Program-made: the position numbers and the translations under genes
Notes under the pieces: generated by a model
Databases searched by the model: none
Told to the model about the DNA's origin: nothing
What the model saw: only the letters and a program-made list of their open reading frames with translations
In this document: positions 21,300 to 31,660 of the stretch, in pieces
How the letters are laid out: every line of letters starts with the position of its first letter
Numbering within the stretch: the first letter of the stretch is position 1
Assembly: GCA_963829055.1 (NCBI GenBank)
Contig: CAWHHI010000008.1
Span: 160,001-224,000, forward strand
Direction: 5' to 3'
DNA length: 64,000 bases
From: an uncultured Gemmatimonadaceae bacterium
GTDB taxonomy: Bacteria > Gemmatimonadota > Gemmatimonadetes > Gemmatimonadales > Gemmatimonadaceae

Positions 21300-23343
21300 T
21301 CAGAAGATGATCGGCCCGTTCTTGAACATCTGCCACCCATTCACGCGGAGTGGCAGCGGTTCGGTGCCGGCGAGGAAATACTCGGTGTAGCGGCGCTCGG
21401 GCGGCGTCAGCGAGTCAGCAAGTTGGCCCGTCACACGATCCACCTCGGCCGCGATGAGCCCCTGCGGCGGAAGCCACTCGGCCGCGGTCCTCGATGCGTA
21501 GTACTCCGCCATCATCTTCCCGAAGATGGGTGCGGCCAGCGTTCCCCCCGCTGCGCCCGGAGTGATCGTCTTCGGCTTGTCGAAGCCTAACCAGACGCCG
21601 GCGACTACCTCCGGCGTCATCCCGACGAACCACACGTCAGTGTTGTCGTTCGTCGTTCCGGTCTTCCCGGCCACCGGGATTGTCGCCGGCAAGTAGCGAC
21701 GGACAGACGTCGCGGTGCCGCGGTCCACGACCTCACGCATCATGTCGCGAACGATGAAGGCGACCTTGGGATCAATGACCGGGCGCGGCGCCGGCGCCGG
21801 GTTCGTGAAGACGGCGTTGCCACTCCGGTCCTCGATTCGATAGATGAACCGTGGATCGACGTGCGCACCGAGGTTCGCGAACACCGTGTACGCGGCAACG
21901 AGATCGAGCGGCTGCAACGCAGATGCGCCGATCGCGCTCGCTGGATACGGAGCAACGGGCGCCTCGATACCGAAGCGCCGTGCCCAGTGCACGATCGTGT
22001 CCATGCCCACGTGCTCGGCCAGCTGTACCGCGACGACGTTCCTCGACTTCGCGAGCGCTTCGCGCATCGTGATGGCGCCGAGGAACTGATTGTCGGAGTT
22101 CTCGGGCCGGTACATGCGGCCGCGGTCGAGCGGAATCGCGATGGCCGTGTCGCCAACAATGGTGTTCGCCGTTAGGCTATCGGCGATAGCCGCCGCGTAC
22201 ACGATGGGCTTGAACGCGGATCCCGGCTGGCGCAGTCCGTCGATCACGCGATCGAACGAGGACTCGCGGTAGTCACGTCCACCGGCAAGTGCGCGCACGT
22301 CACCGGTGTTGGGATCCATTGCGACGAGGGCACCTTGCAGGTAGTCCGAGCTGCCCTTGGGACGCTGGGCGAACTTCGTATGCCGATAGCCCGGCATCGA
22401 CTCTACAGCATCGAGGCCCTCCACGAGCGCCTGATTGGCCGCCTGCTGCAGTACCGGATCGAGGCTCGTGTAGACCCGGAGCCCGCCAGTGGTCACGGCG
22501 ACGCCCGCACGCAGCGCCTGAATTCGAACGACGTCCAGAAAGTACGAGGCGTCGACCGCGAGTCCCGCCGACGGCGCCGTCTTGAGTGGAACGCGCTTCG
22601 CGGCCTCGGCCTGCGCGGCGGTGACGTACTTCTGCTGCGCCATCAGCGTCAGCACGAGATTGCGCCGCTCGGTCACTCGCTGTGGCGACTTGATCGGATC
22701 GTACAGCGCCGGTCCCTTCGGCACCGAATGCCAGCGTCGCAGCTTCGGCCAACGTCAACTGCGCCGCGCCCTTGCCGAAGTAGTGGCGCGCCGCGACCTC
22801 GATGCCGTACCAGCCATGTCCGTAGCTGATCTGGTTGATGTACGCCTCGAGGATCTGCTCCTTCGAGTAGTGCTTCTCCATCTCGCGCGCGGCCGACTGC
22901 TCGCGGAGCTTGCGGGACAGGCTCTTGTCGGTGCGATCGATCAGGTCGGGGTGCATGTTCCCGACGAGTTGCTGCGTGATCGTGCTGGCTCCGCGGGGGT
23001 CGCCGCGTACGGCGTCCTTCAGCGCGCCGGCGATGCCGACGACGTCCACGCCGTCGTGTTGATAGAAGCGTTGATCCTCCACCGCGACGAACGCCTGGCC
23101 GACGTACTTGGGCAGCGTCCGTATCGAGACCAGCGTCCGCTTCTGCGCGCCCAGGTCACCGATCAGCGAGCCGTCGCGTGCGAACACGAGGGATGACTGC
23201 GGCGGGACGATGATGCGCCACGGTTCGTTCGGCTCGCGTTGCTGCGCGGCGGCGGGTGCGGCAACGCCAAGGGCGCCGAAGACCACGGTGAGCGCGATGC
23301 ACGCGACGCGCTTCGTCACGGCGAACGGAGGAGCACTCCGCAT
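21300..23343 (-). CDS. Class A penicillin-binding protein (PBP1A family), frameshift near 22725
   Basis: EDQRFYQHDG and GASTITQQL (transglycosylase); GSAFK, SRN and KTG (transpeptidase). Confidence 0.92.
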
Positions 23344-23595
23344 CAACTGATTTACAGAACACGCGCCGGCACTCCGGTGCCTCGCGATCAATGTCGTCAT
23401 GTGCGGATACGGACCCGTCGGTCGACGGTACGAACGACGACGCCGTCCACCGTCGACCAGGTTGGTGTAACATACACCTCACTGTTTCGAACGGATCGCC
23501 GGCGAGTCGCGCCGCATCTTCATGGCCGGAGTTGTGACGGCGATCACACCGTCGGTATTCCGATGCACCGTCGGCGATTGCAACTTTACAGGCGT

Positions 23596-25461
23596 ATGGC
23601 ACCCACGCTCGACCTCGCGATCGTTCAGCTCCGCCCGCGGAAGGGCAACTACGCAGCGAACGTCGCGCGCATAGGCGACGTCCTCGCGCGCGTGGACGCG
23701 CTCACCCCGCGCCCAAGTGTCGTCCACTTCCCGGAAACGGCCGTCACGGGCTACTTCGTCGAGGGCGCGGTTCGTGACCTCGCGGTAACCGCGGGTACGC
23801 TGGCCCGCGATCTCGACGCGGCGTATCGTCGCGCGCTACCGTCCGCCCGCGCTGTGGACGTCGTCATCGGGTTCTACGAGAAGTGGCGCGATACGCTGTA
23901 CAACAGCGCTGCGTACATCCGGCTCGGCGGCGATGCGCCGGCCATTGTGCACGTGCATCGCAAGAACTTCCTCCCGACTTATGGCCTGTTCGACGAAGAG
24001 CGTTTCGTCGAGCGCGGGCACGAGATGCGAGCGTTCGACACTCCGTGGGGACGTGCGGCGATCCTCGTGTGCGAGGACGCGTGGCATAGCCTGTCGGGGA
24101 CGGTGGCCGCGCTCGACGACGCGCAGATCATCTTCCTCTCGTCGGCCGCGCCCGCCCGCGGAGTCTGGCCGAGGGATGACGCGATTCCCGGCCCCGCATC
24201 CGTCGCGCAGGTGGGAGCGTCTCGTCCGCGACATCGCCGAGGAGCATGGCGTCTTCGTCGACGTTCGCGAATCTCGTCGGCAGCGAAGGCGGAAAGATGT
24301 TTCCGGGAGCGTCGATGGTCATGGGGCCGCACGGCGATGCGCGGGCCCGTGCGCCGGTGTGGGATGAGGCCATCCTGACCGCGAGTATCGACATCGGTGA
24401 TCTCGCCCGAGCGCGCTCCGATGCGCCGCTTCTTGCCGACCTCCGAACCGCGTTGCCGCACCTGCGGACGTTGCTCGATGGCGTCGACGGGAATGGCGTT
24501 AGGCATCCGGTACAGTGGGATGACGCACCGGCTCTGACGAGTGCGCCGGACGATCGCTGTACAATCCCGCATCGTCGACGCCCGCAAACACCGGAGGCGA
24601 TGGCGAGATATGCGTCATTCGCGGCGGCGAGGCAGCTCGAGGCGCGCCTCCCCCGCTCGACATTCAGCCGGAGCTCGTGGAGCAGTGGCTGGTCACGTTC
24701 ATCCGCGATGAGATGCGGCGGCGCGGCTTCGAGCGCGCTGTGATTGGCCTGTCGGGCGGCGTCGACTCTGCCGTCACGACCTATCTTGCGGCCAAGGCGC
24801 TCGGCCCGAGCAACGTGGTCGCGATCCGCCTGCCGTACCGGACGTCCAATCCGTCGAGCCTCGAGCACGCGCAGCTCGTGGTCGACGCGCTCGGCATCGA
24901 GGCGCGAACGGTAGACATCAGCGCCGCGGTCGACGGCTACCTCGAGAACGAGCCCGACGCCGATCCCGGCCGGCGCGGGAACGTCATGGCGCGGATGCGG
25001 ATGATCGCACTGTTCGACCTGTCTTCACGTTACCGAGCGCTCCCACTCGGCACCGGGAACAAGACGGAGCGACTGTTCGGCTACTTCACCTGGCATGCCG
25101 ATGACTCACCGCCCATCAACCCGTTAGGCGACCTGTTCAAGACCCAGGTATGGTCACTGGCCCGTCACCTCGGCGTGCCCGGATGTCATCGTGACGAAGC
25201 CAGCGTCGGCGGACCTGATCAGCGGGCAGACAGACGAGGGAGACTTCGGGATCAGCTACGCCGACGCAGATCAGATCCTGAATTGGTTGCTGTCGGGCTA
25301 CACGCCTGAGGAGGTCGCGGCCCGCGGATTCGGCGAGGCGGCCGTCACACTGGTGAGACGTCGGCTGGAGAGCACGCACTGGAAACGCCGACTGCCTGCC
25401 GGTGGCGATGCTGAGCCCGACGGCCATCGGAGAGTCCTATCTCCGGCCAGTCGATTACTGA
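23596..25461 (+). CDS. nadE: Glutamine-dependent NAD+ synthetase: nitrilase domain + NadE domain, several frameshifts (fused versus two genes unresolved)
   Basis: FPE, HRKNFLPTYGLFDEERF and VCEDAW nitrilase triad; GLSGGVDS, GNVMARMRM, GTGNKTE, KPASADL; ends YLRPVDY*. Confidence 0.85.
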
Positions 25462-25491
25462 CGCTGGATCGAGCCGCAAGCGACTGGATGC

Positions 25492-25523
25492 GAGAGGGGC
25501 CGAGCGATCGCTCGGCCCCTCTC
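25492..25523. terminator. Perfect 32-bp palindrome between convergent genes
   Basis: GAGAGGGGCCGAGCGA|TCGCTCGGCCCCTCTC. Confidence 0.7.
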
Positions 25524-25545
25524 ATGCGTTTTGGTGCCTGTGACC

Positions 25546-27063
25546 TCAGGGCTTGTGCGCCACCAACGGCACCTTGGCGCCGGGCTTGAGCACGATGGAG
25601 ATGATGCTGACGGCGTTAGGTGCGACTGCACCAGCCGCATGCTTCGTGATGTCGATGCTCGCGATGTCGTCCGGTTGAATTGCCCCGACGCCGCTCGGGA
25701 GCTGCATGCCGCTGGCCGGCATTCGCCGCTTCGCCCGCACCTCGACCGCCCCACCCTCGGCCGCTATCCGTCCCTGAGTCGGTTCGCTCGGCGTGCGCGT
25801 CACGGCTCCAGCCATCAGGGGAACGCGCTCAGCCGATTCCTTCGGTGCTCGCTCGCGCATGCGCATCCGAAAGGTGTCTTCCCCCGCGGCCGGCATGCGA
25901 GCGAACGCCGCTGCCTGGGTCTCGGTCAGCACGATCTTGCCCGTCGTCGTGCGCACGAGAAAGAGGATCGACGGACCACCTTCGCCGCGGGCAATGGACG
26001 GGAAATACCGCGTAACGGTCTCGCGGAGCTCACCTGCCGTCGGCGCATCTTTCTCCGCCAACACCTTGTTCATCTGTCCATAGAGCCGCGTCGATGCGAC
26101 GTCCTTGCCGTCCGGAGCCAGCGCCTCGGGCGACGGAACCTCACACGCGAGGATGGTCACTGCCAGCGCGACGGTGGCACCTAACGCGAACTGAACGCGC
26201 GGGAAGCGCGGGCGTTGCGGATGCATGGCGAGGATCCTGCGTCGTGAGGGAGGACGTGCGCTCGAACAACGCGGGCGCGAGAAGCAGACCCGAGCCGGTC
26301 CGGCGCTCACACACGTCCAGCAGCAGGGTTCCGTACGCACGCAGGTTGTGACCCCGCGCCAGGACCCGCGCATCGCAATCGAGTTCGACCGCCAGGCGGA
26401 GCCGTCGGTTCAGCCACCAGGCGGCGATGTTCCAGGGCATGAGCAAGGCAACCATCGCCGCCGCGTGCAGGAGCAGCGGATCGTGTGCCCGAACGTGCTG
26501 GCGCTCGTGCTCGATCATGAGCGCCCGCTGTTCCGAGGAGAGACTCAGTGACCACTCCGGAACGACGATCTCCGGGCGGAGTGTTCCGATGACGGCCGGC
26601 CCAGTCGCGGGCGCGAGCAACACCGGCTCTCCGTCGATCTCTCCGCGACGCCACGTGCGACGACGGCGTGCGAGCAGCAACGTGGCGGCGCCATAGGTCG
26701 CCAGCGCCAACACCGCGGCGGACGTCCATGCAATCGCAAGCGAGGCGTCGAGTCGCCGCAGCGACCGCGTATCGGCTCGAGCGATCAATTCCGCGAGGCC
26801 GCTCGAAACCCTCGCGAGCGATGGGGTAGACTGCGGCAACGCCACCGTCGCGAGCGTCGTTGCGCGTTAGGTACGACGGCCGCTACCCCGCGGTCGCGGC
26901 CGAGCGCAGTCCACGCCGGAACCGCCACCGAAAGCACGAGAGCCAGCATCGAGATCCACCGCCGCTGTCCGCCACCGCCGCTCGCGGTACGCTCGACCAC
27001 GAGCGTTGCGACGACGAGGAGTGCCCCGATAACCGTCGCGTATGCCATCCAGAGCGCGATCAT
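25546..27063 (-). CDS. BlaR1/MecR1-like M56 metallopeptidase (frameshifted)
   Basis: HERQH zinc motif, WNIAAWW, ELDCDARV; C-terminal TonB-plug-like PDDIASIDITK; directly downstream of blaI. Confidence 0.85.
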
Positions 27064-27434
27064 TCTTTGCCTCCGCGTAAGCGAGCATCCATCAGGCGCC
27101 GAATGCGCTTGAGCTGCTCTTCCGTGAGCTCGCGATCGCTCACGAGCTGCGTCAGTAAGAGCTCTGGCGACCCGTTGAATACGGTCTCGATGAGCCGGGT
27201 GAGCGCGCTTCGCCCGGCAACGCGTCGTTCGACGAGCGGGAAGTAGCGATGCGCCTTCCCTTCTCCCCGATGGCCGACATGCCCTTTCTCCTCGAGCGTG
27301 CGGAGAATGGTGAGCACGGTCGTGTACGCGAGATCGTCCGGGAGTCGCTCGCGCATTTCGGTGACGGTGGCCGAGCCGCGGTCCCAGAGGACCGCCATGA
27401 CGTCGAGCTCGCGGTCGGTGAACGTGACGCGCAT
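27060..27434 (-). CDS. BlaI/MecI/CopY-family repressor
   Basis: ELDVMAVLW, LAYTTVLTILRTLEEKG, AHRYFP. Confidence 0.95.
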   Translation of the reverse strand: MRVTFTDRELDVMAVLWDRGSATVTEMRERLPDDLAYTTVLTILRTLEEKGHVGHRGEGKAHRYFPLVERRVAGRSALTRLIETVFNGSPELLLTQLVSDRELTEEQLKRIRRLMDARLRGGKE

Positions 27435-27441
27435 TGGGCTC

Positions 27442-27503
27442 CTACTAGAAGTTTAGTAGACGATATACGCGGGACCTGCTCTCGTCAACTAGTTTTCTAG
27501 TAG
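27442..27503. promoter_or_regulatory. Two putative BlaI-family operators
   Basis: CTACTA-GAAGTT-TAGTAG (27442-27459) and CAACTAG-TTTT-CTAGTAG (27486-27503): AT-rich dyads just upstream of the repressor gene. Confidence 0.75.
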
Positions 27504-27645
27504 TTGTGATGCCTGTGTTGGCATTGCCATGCTCCGCGCCTCTGTCGGCACTTCGCAAGAATCGGGTTGGCGCGTGGTGGCGCCATCGGTAGATCTCACG
27601 CAGCGAGAGTAACGTTTCAGTGCGCTCAGTACGCGGGGAGCTACC

Positions 27646-28566
27646 ATGGACACCACGGACTACATCAGGATCGAATCGGCGCTCGCCTACCTTTCGCGGC
27701 ATGCCGAAACGCAACCAGCGCTCGCCGACGTCGCGGATCACGTCGGGCTGAGCGAGCACCATCTCCAGCGGGTGTTCACGCGCTGGGCGGGCATCAGCCC
27801 AAAACGGTTTCTTCAGTTTCAGACGGTCGAGAGCGCGAAGTCGCTGCTTCGCGATTCGAAGAGCGTGCTGGACACGACGTACTCGACCGGTCTCTCCAGC
27901 GGAGGGCGGTTGCACGATCTCTTCGTCACGCTCGAAGCGATGACGCCTGGGGAGTTCAAATCGGGCGGCAGCGGGCTGACGATCGCCACCGGATTTCACG
28001 ATTCGCCATTCGGGGAGTGCCTCGTGGCGGTCACCGATCGCGGCGTCTGTGGCCTCTCCTTCGTTCCCGACGGCGACCGGACGGCGGCGTTGGCTGAGCT
28101 CGAGAGCCGGTGGCCGGGAGCCACGGTGGTCGAGGATCCCAAGGCGACGAGACCAATCGCGGAACGAATCTTCGCCGCGTGGGGAGGCGCCGGTTGGAAT
28201 CCGGAACAGCGCGCCGCCGAGAGCGACGTGACTCCAACGCCTCTCTCCGTGCTCGTTAGGGGCACCAACTTTCAAGTACGTGTGTGGGAAGCGCTGCTTC
28301 GCATTCCGCCCGGTGCCGTCACGACGTACGAGGAGATTGCCTCGGCCGTTGGTCAGAGCGGTGCAACGCGCGCGGTCGGGTCAGCGATTGCGCGGAACCC
28401 GGTGGCGTACCTGATTCCGTGTCACCGCGTCATTCGGAAGACCGGTGCGTTCGGCAACTATCACTGGGGTGCGGCCCGCAAGGTCGCGATGCTGATGCGC
28501 GAAGCTGGCGGTCGAGCGGGCGACGAGCATGCCAGCCGAAAGGATCTCGCGGTCGCGGTGGGCTGA
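27646..28566 (+). CDS. AraC-HTH + O6-methylguanine-DNA methyltransferase (Ada-like, no N-terminal Zn domain)
   Basis: HLQRVFTRWAGISPK, GTNFQVRVWEAL, IPCHRV. Confidence 0.92.
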   Translation: MDTTDYIRIESALAYLSRHAETQPALADVADHVGLSEHHLQRVFTRWAGISPKRFLQFQTVESAKSLLRDSKSVLDTTYSTGLSSGGRLHDLFVTLEAMTPGEFKSGGSGLTIATGFHDSPFGECLVAVTDRGVCGLSFVPDGDRTAALAELESRWPGATVVEDPKATRPIAERIFAAWGGAGWNPEQRAAESDVTPTPLSVLVRGTNFQVRVWEALLRIPPGAVTTYEEIASAVGQSGATRAVGSAIARNPVAYLIPCHRVIRKTGAFGNYHWGAARKVAMLMREAGGRAGDEHASRKDLAVAVG

Positions 28567-28643
28567 GCGGAGGCGTCGGCATGCGCCGACGCCTCCGTCT
28601 TGTCATCGACGTATCAGGGGCGGCCGCGGCCGCCCCTGCCTCG

Positions 28644-29042
28644 TTAGGCAGCCAGGGCCAGACTCACGGCTCGCCGCGCGCCACGCTTGAGCGCGCGGTG
28701 CACGGCGCGCGCGTACCGAACGAAATTCGCGCCGGCCCATGGATACCGACCGAAGAACTCGTGCGGCAACATGTCGCCTTTCAGTCGATTGCACGGCGCG
28801 CACGCCGTGACGAGGTTACCCGGAGCGTGAGGCCCTCCGTGCGACACCGGGTATACGTGATCGAGCGTCGCAACGTCCAGCGCCAGCGGAACGGCGCAGT
28901 AGACGCAGCGTCGGCTGCAGTCACGCATGGCAGCGTGCTTGAGAGCACGCTTGACGGCCGGGCCGTGGAGATGGCGAGCGCGGCGAGATAGGCCGCGCGG
29001 TGCGCGGGGGAGCGTGACTCGGTGGAAACCACGTCGAGACAT
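28644..29042 (-). CDS. Small HNH endonuclease
   Basis: CVYC...TLDHVYPVSHGG...NLVTACAPCNRLKG; GAGGTG RBS. Confidence 0.9.
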   Translation of the reverse strand: MSRRGFHRVTLPRAPRGLSRRARHLHGPAVKRALKHAAMRDCSRRCVYCAVPLALDVATLDHVYPVSHGGPHAPGNLVTACAPCNRLKGDMLPHEFFGRYPWAGANFVRYARAVHRALKRGARRAVSLALAA

Positions 29043-29054
29043 TGCACCTCGCTA

Positions 29055-29099
29055 GAAAAGAAAAAACCCCTGCGACGGGACAATTGCCCGTGCAGGGGA
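29055..29099 (-). terminator. Intrinsic terminator in the leader just upstream of the HNH gene
   Basis: Minus strand CCCCTGC-ACGGG...CCCGT-C-GCAGGGG-TTTTTTCTTTT. Confidence 0.8.
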
Positions 29100-29236
29100 A
29101 TGGCGAGAGAGGAGGCTCGAGATCGCATGCCGGTGCGGTCTCTCCGGCTGCGCTGGACGGAACACGTCTTGTCGGCGTCGATCGTTCATCGGCCTCCGCG
29201 GCCAAGAAGTCGCCTGAGCCTCACGCGCGGTATGAG

Positions 29237-29252
29237 TGCAGCGTGCGTGCCA
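29237..29252 (-). promoter_or_regulatory. Putative sigma54 promoter
   Basis: Minus strand TGGCACGCACGCTGCA = TGGCAC-N5-CTGCA with exact GG-N10-GC spacing. Confidence 0.55.
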
Positions 29253-29356
29253 TCCGCGCAAGTCCGGGGCGCCGTCGCCCTCATGAATTCGACGCCCCAG
29301 TTACCAAAGAGTTACGCCTCAGCCAGCCTCTTGGTTCCAAGTGGCTCAGCCAAGCC

Positions 29357-29830
29357 TCAACTCACGACGGCAAGCTTTCCGAGACGACGCGCGGGATCGC
29401 GCAGCGCCGTAATGATCCGAACGGCCATCGCATCGAGGAACGTTCTGTCGGGCATCTCCGACCCAGGGAACGGCAGCGGAATGTCGAAGCCGTCGCTCTT
29501 CCGTCGCGGGATCAGGTGCACGTGATAGTGAAAGACGTTCTGCCCAGCGGCTTCACCGCTGTTCACGACGAGGTTCATGTCGCCGCAGCCAGAGACGTCG
29601 CGGATGATCGGAGCCAGCTGCATGCTGACTTCGAAGAGATGCATCGCGACTGCTGGCGGCACGTCGCAGAGCGACTCGTAATGATCTCGCGGAACGACCA
29701 GTACGTGGCCGCCGTTCACGGGTTGGATGTCCATGAACGCAATCGCCTCTGCGTCTTCGTAGCAGACGGAGACTTCGGAAGCGCCTTGAATCAGGTCACA
29801 GAAGATGCAATGAGCCGCGGTCCTGGACAT
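29357..29830 (-). CDS. HIT family hydrolase
   Basis: CIFC, GHVLVVP, AGQNVFHYHVHLIPR. Confidence 0.95.
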   Translation of the reverse strand: MSRTAAHCIFCDLIQGASEVSVCYEDAEAIAFMDIQPVNGGHVLVVPRDHYESLCDVPPAVAMHLFEVSMQLAPIIRDVSGCGDMNLVVNSGEAAGQNVFHYHVHLIPRRKSDGFDIPLPFPGSEMPDRTFLDAMAVRIITALRDPARRLGKLAVVS

Positions 29831-29971
29831 GTGTATCTCGCGAGGAGGGACGTGGGTCTTCGCATGCACCACTGGTGCCACAGCAGAAAGGCCCGCAGAT
29901 GGCGTATCTGCGGGCCCAAGTATTTGAGACTGTCCGGACGGTGGCGCATGCGCTACAGGTAGCGCGGTTCA

Positions 29972-31315
29972 CTACATCTTCACGAGCTCGACGCGGCGAT
30001 TGTTCTGTCGGCCTTCGGGCGTGTCGTTCGACCCCACCGGCTTGGTCGATCCGAGGCCTTTCGCAGTCAGGCGCGCGCCGTCGACTGAATAGTTGTCGAT
30101 CAGGAATTGCCGCACGGCGGCCGCACGCTTCTCGGAAAGGCCCTGATTGCTCGCGGCAGCACCAACGTTGTCGGTGTGGCCCTCAATGGTGAGCTTGAGG
30201 TCCGCGTGCTCCTTGAGCATTTCGCCGATTTCCTTGAGCGTCGGAGCGCTCTCGGGACGGATGCGGTCCGAGCCCGTGTCGAAGTAGATGCCCTGCGTCG
30301 ACGCGCGGCCCTTCTCGGCGATGGCGTCATACAGCTTTCTGCCGCCGGCGGCGACGCGGAAATTCCGGAAGTACGCCGGACTGTCGGCGGAAGCGTCGAA
30401 CATGATGAAGATCTTGTTCGCGCGCCCCAGCGTCGCGTTGGGCACGTTCGCGACGCGTGTACCGCCCATGTACACCTTCGCGTAGCGACCATCGACCATG
30501 ATGCGCGCGGTGAACGGCTTGTTCTGCGCGTCCTTGACCTGCCCCTTGGCGCGCTCGGTTCCGTCGCCGCCGAATACGCCGCCACCGCTCGTCGCGCTGT
30601 TGCCATCCCACGTCTTGAACACGACCTGGTCGCCGGCGCGGTCGTCGCGCTTACCAGCGAACGTGAGCGTGACGAACGGCCACGACGACGCAACGCCGAC
30701 GTGCTCGAACTCCACCGTGAAACGATCCGGAAGATTCTCGGGGAGCGGGATCTCGAACTGCCCGTCCGTCGTTGCGCGCAGCCAACGCGCGCCTTTCCAC
30801 TCGGCCACTTCCATGTTCCCCTTCACGAACTCGAGCCGCTTTGGAAAATCGCCGACGTTGTCCTTGGTGAAGTCATCGGCGAAGAGCACGCGCTCGCCCG
30901 GAACGAAGTCGAAGTTCACGAAGGCCGTCTCTTCCTTCGACTCGCCGGTACCCGATGCAGTCGCACTTGACGAATTCGCGCTCGACGCACTCGCGGCAGA
31001 CGTACTGGCGGCCGCAGCCGCTGGTGCACCACCCTTCGGGGCAGAGTCGTCGATCACAACCGTCTTGCCGTCGGACTTCGCCTTGTCCTGGCAGGCGGTA
31101 TCGCTGGTCGCACACTTGATGGTGTTCTCGGCTTTGTCGAGCGCGGCGTTCGTTGCCTGGGTGGCCTTCTGGTCGACCTTCTGCTCTGCGGTGCGTTTGG
31201 CTGCTTCGCTTGCCCGCTTCTTGAGTCGGTCACCCAGGCTCTGGGCGTCCGCGGCGGACGTCGCGATGCCCAGTGCGGCGACGAACATCGTGGCGATTGC
31301 GAACCGCTGCTGCAT
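29972..31315 (-). CDS. Exported OmpA-C-domain (peptidoglycan-binding) protein
   Basis: Signal peptide; GIYFDTGS, IEGHTDN, LSEKRA, NRRVE; GGAGG RBS. Confidence 0.9.
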   Translation of the reverse strand: MQQRFAIATMFVAALGIATSAADAQSLGDRLKKRASEAAKRTAEQKVDQKATQATNAALDKAENTIKCATSDTACQDKAKSDGKTVVIDDSAPKGGAPAAAAASTSAASASSANSSSATASGTGESKEETAFVNFDFVPGERVLFADDFTKDNVGDFPKRLEFVKGNMEVAEWKGARWLRATTDGQFEIPLPENLPDRFTVEFEHVGVASSWPFVTLTFAGKRDDRAGDQVVFKTWDGNSATSGGGVFGGDGTERAKGQVKDAQNKPFTARIMVDGRYAKVYMGGTRVANVPNATLGRANKIFIMFDASADSPAYFRNFRVAAGGRKLYDAIAEKGRASTQGIYFDTGSDRIRPESAPTLKEIGEMLKEHADLKLTIEGHTDNVGAAASNQGLSEKRAAAVRQFLIDNYSVDGARLTAKGLGSTKPVGSNDTPEGRQNNRRVELVKM

Positions 31316-31660
31316 GAAAAATCCTCCGGAATGCACGCCCCATCTGCGAATCGGGGCATGGGTGTGGGAACGGCTCGGGTGGCGGTGACCCCGGTCCGGC
31401 AAACGTACGTTTTGAGCCGGGCAATCTCGCGCTGTGTACGCGGCGGCGTCAACGGCCGGGTCGCGTAGCCGGGTAGAGAACGTCTCGTGCAGACCGCCCC
31501 AGGGTAAACGAATGAACTGGGCGCCGCCTCTCACGCATTCGGCCGTGTCAGCAACTGTCAGGCGGAGTATCTTTCGCGCGCGCAACGCGCGGTCTGCGAT
31601 TCGCATGCTGCCAGTGGCGATCTACCGATCGCACACCGTCACTTTTCCTGGAGACCATCC

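Noticed and set aside
28644..29042. HNH genes as IscB/Cas9-like or HEARO-type RNA-guided nucleases
   Set aside because: Only 99-132 aa, no RuvC motifs or PLMP N-terminus, and no transposon ends.
31320..31660. Possible c-di-GMP or other riboswitch between the ompA-like gene and E1 (GGCAAAC at ~31398)
   Set aside because: The remaining conserved elements (GNRA loop/receptor, second stem) are not recognisable.
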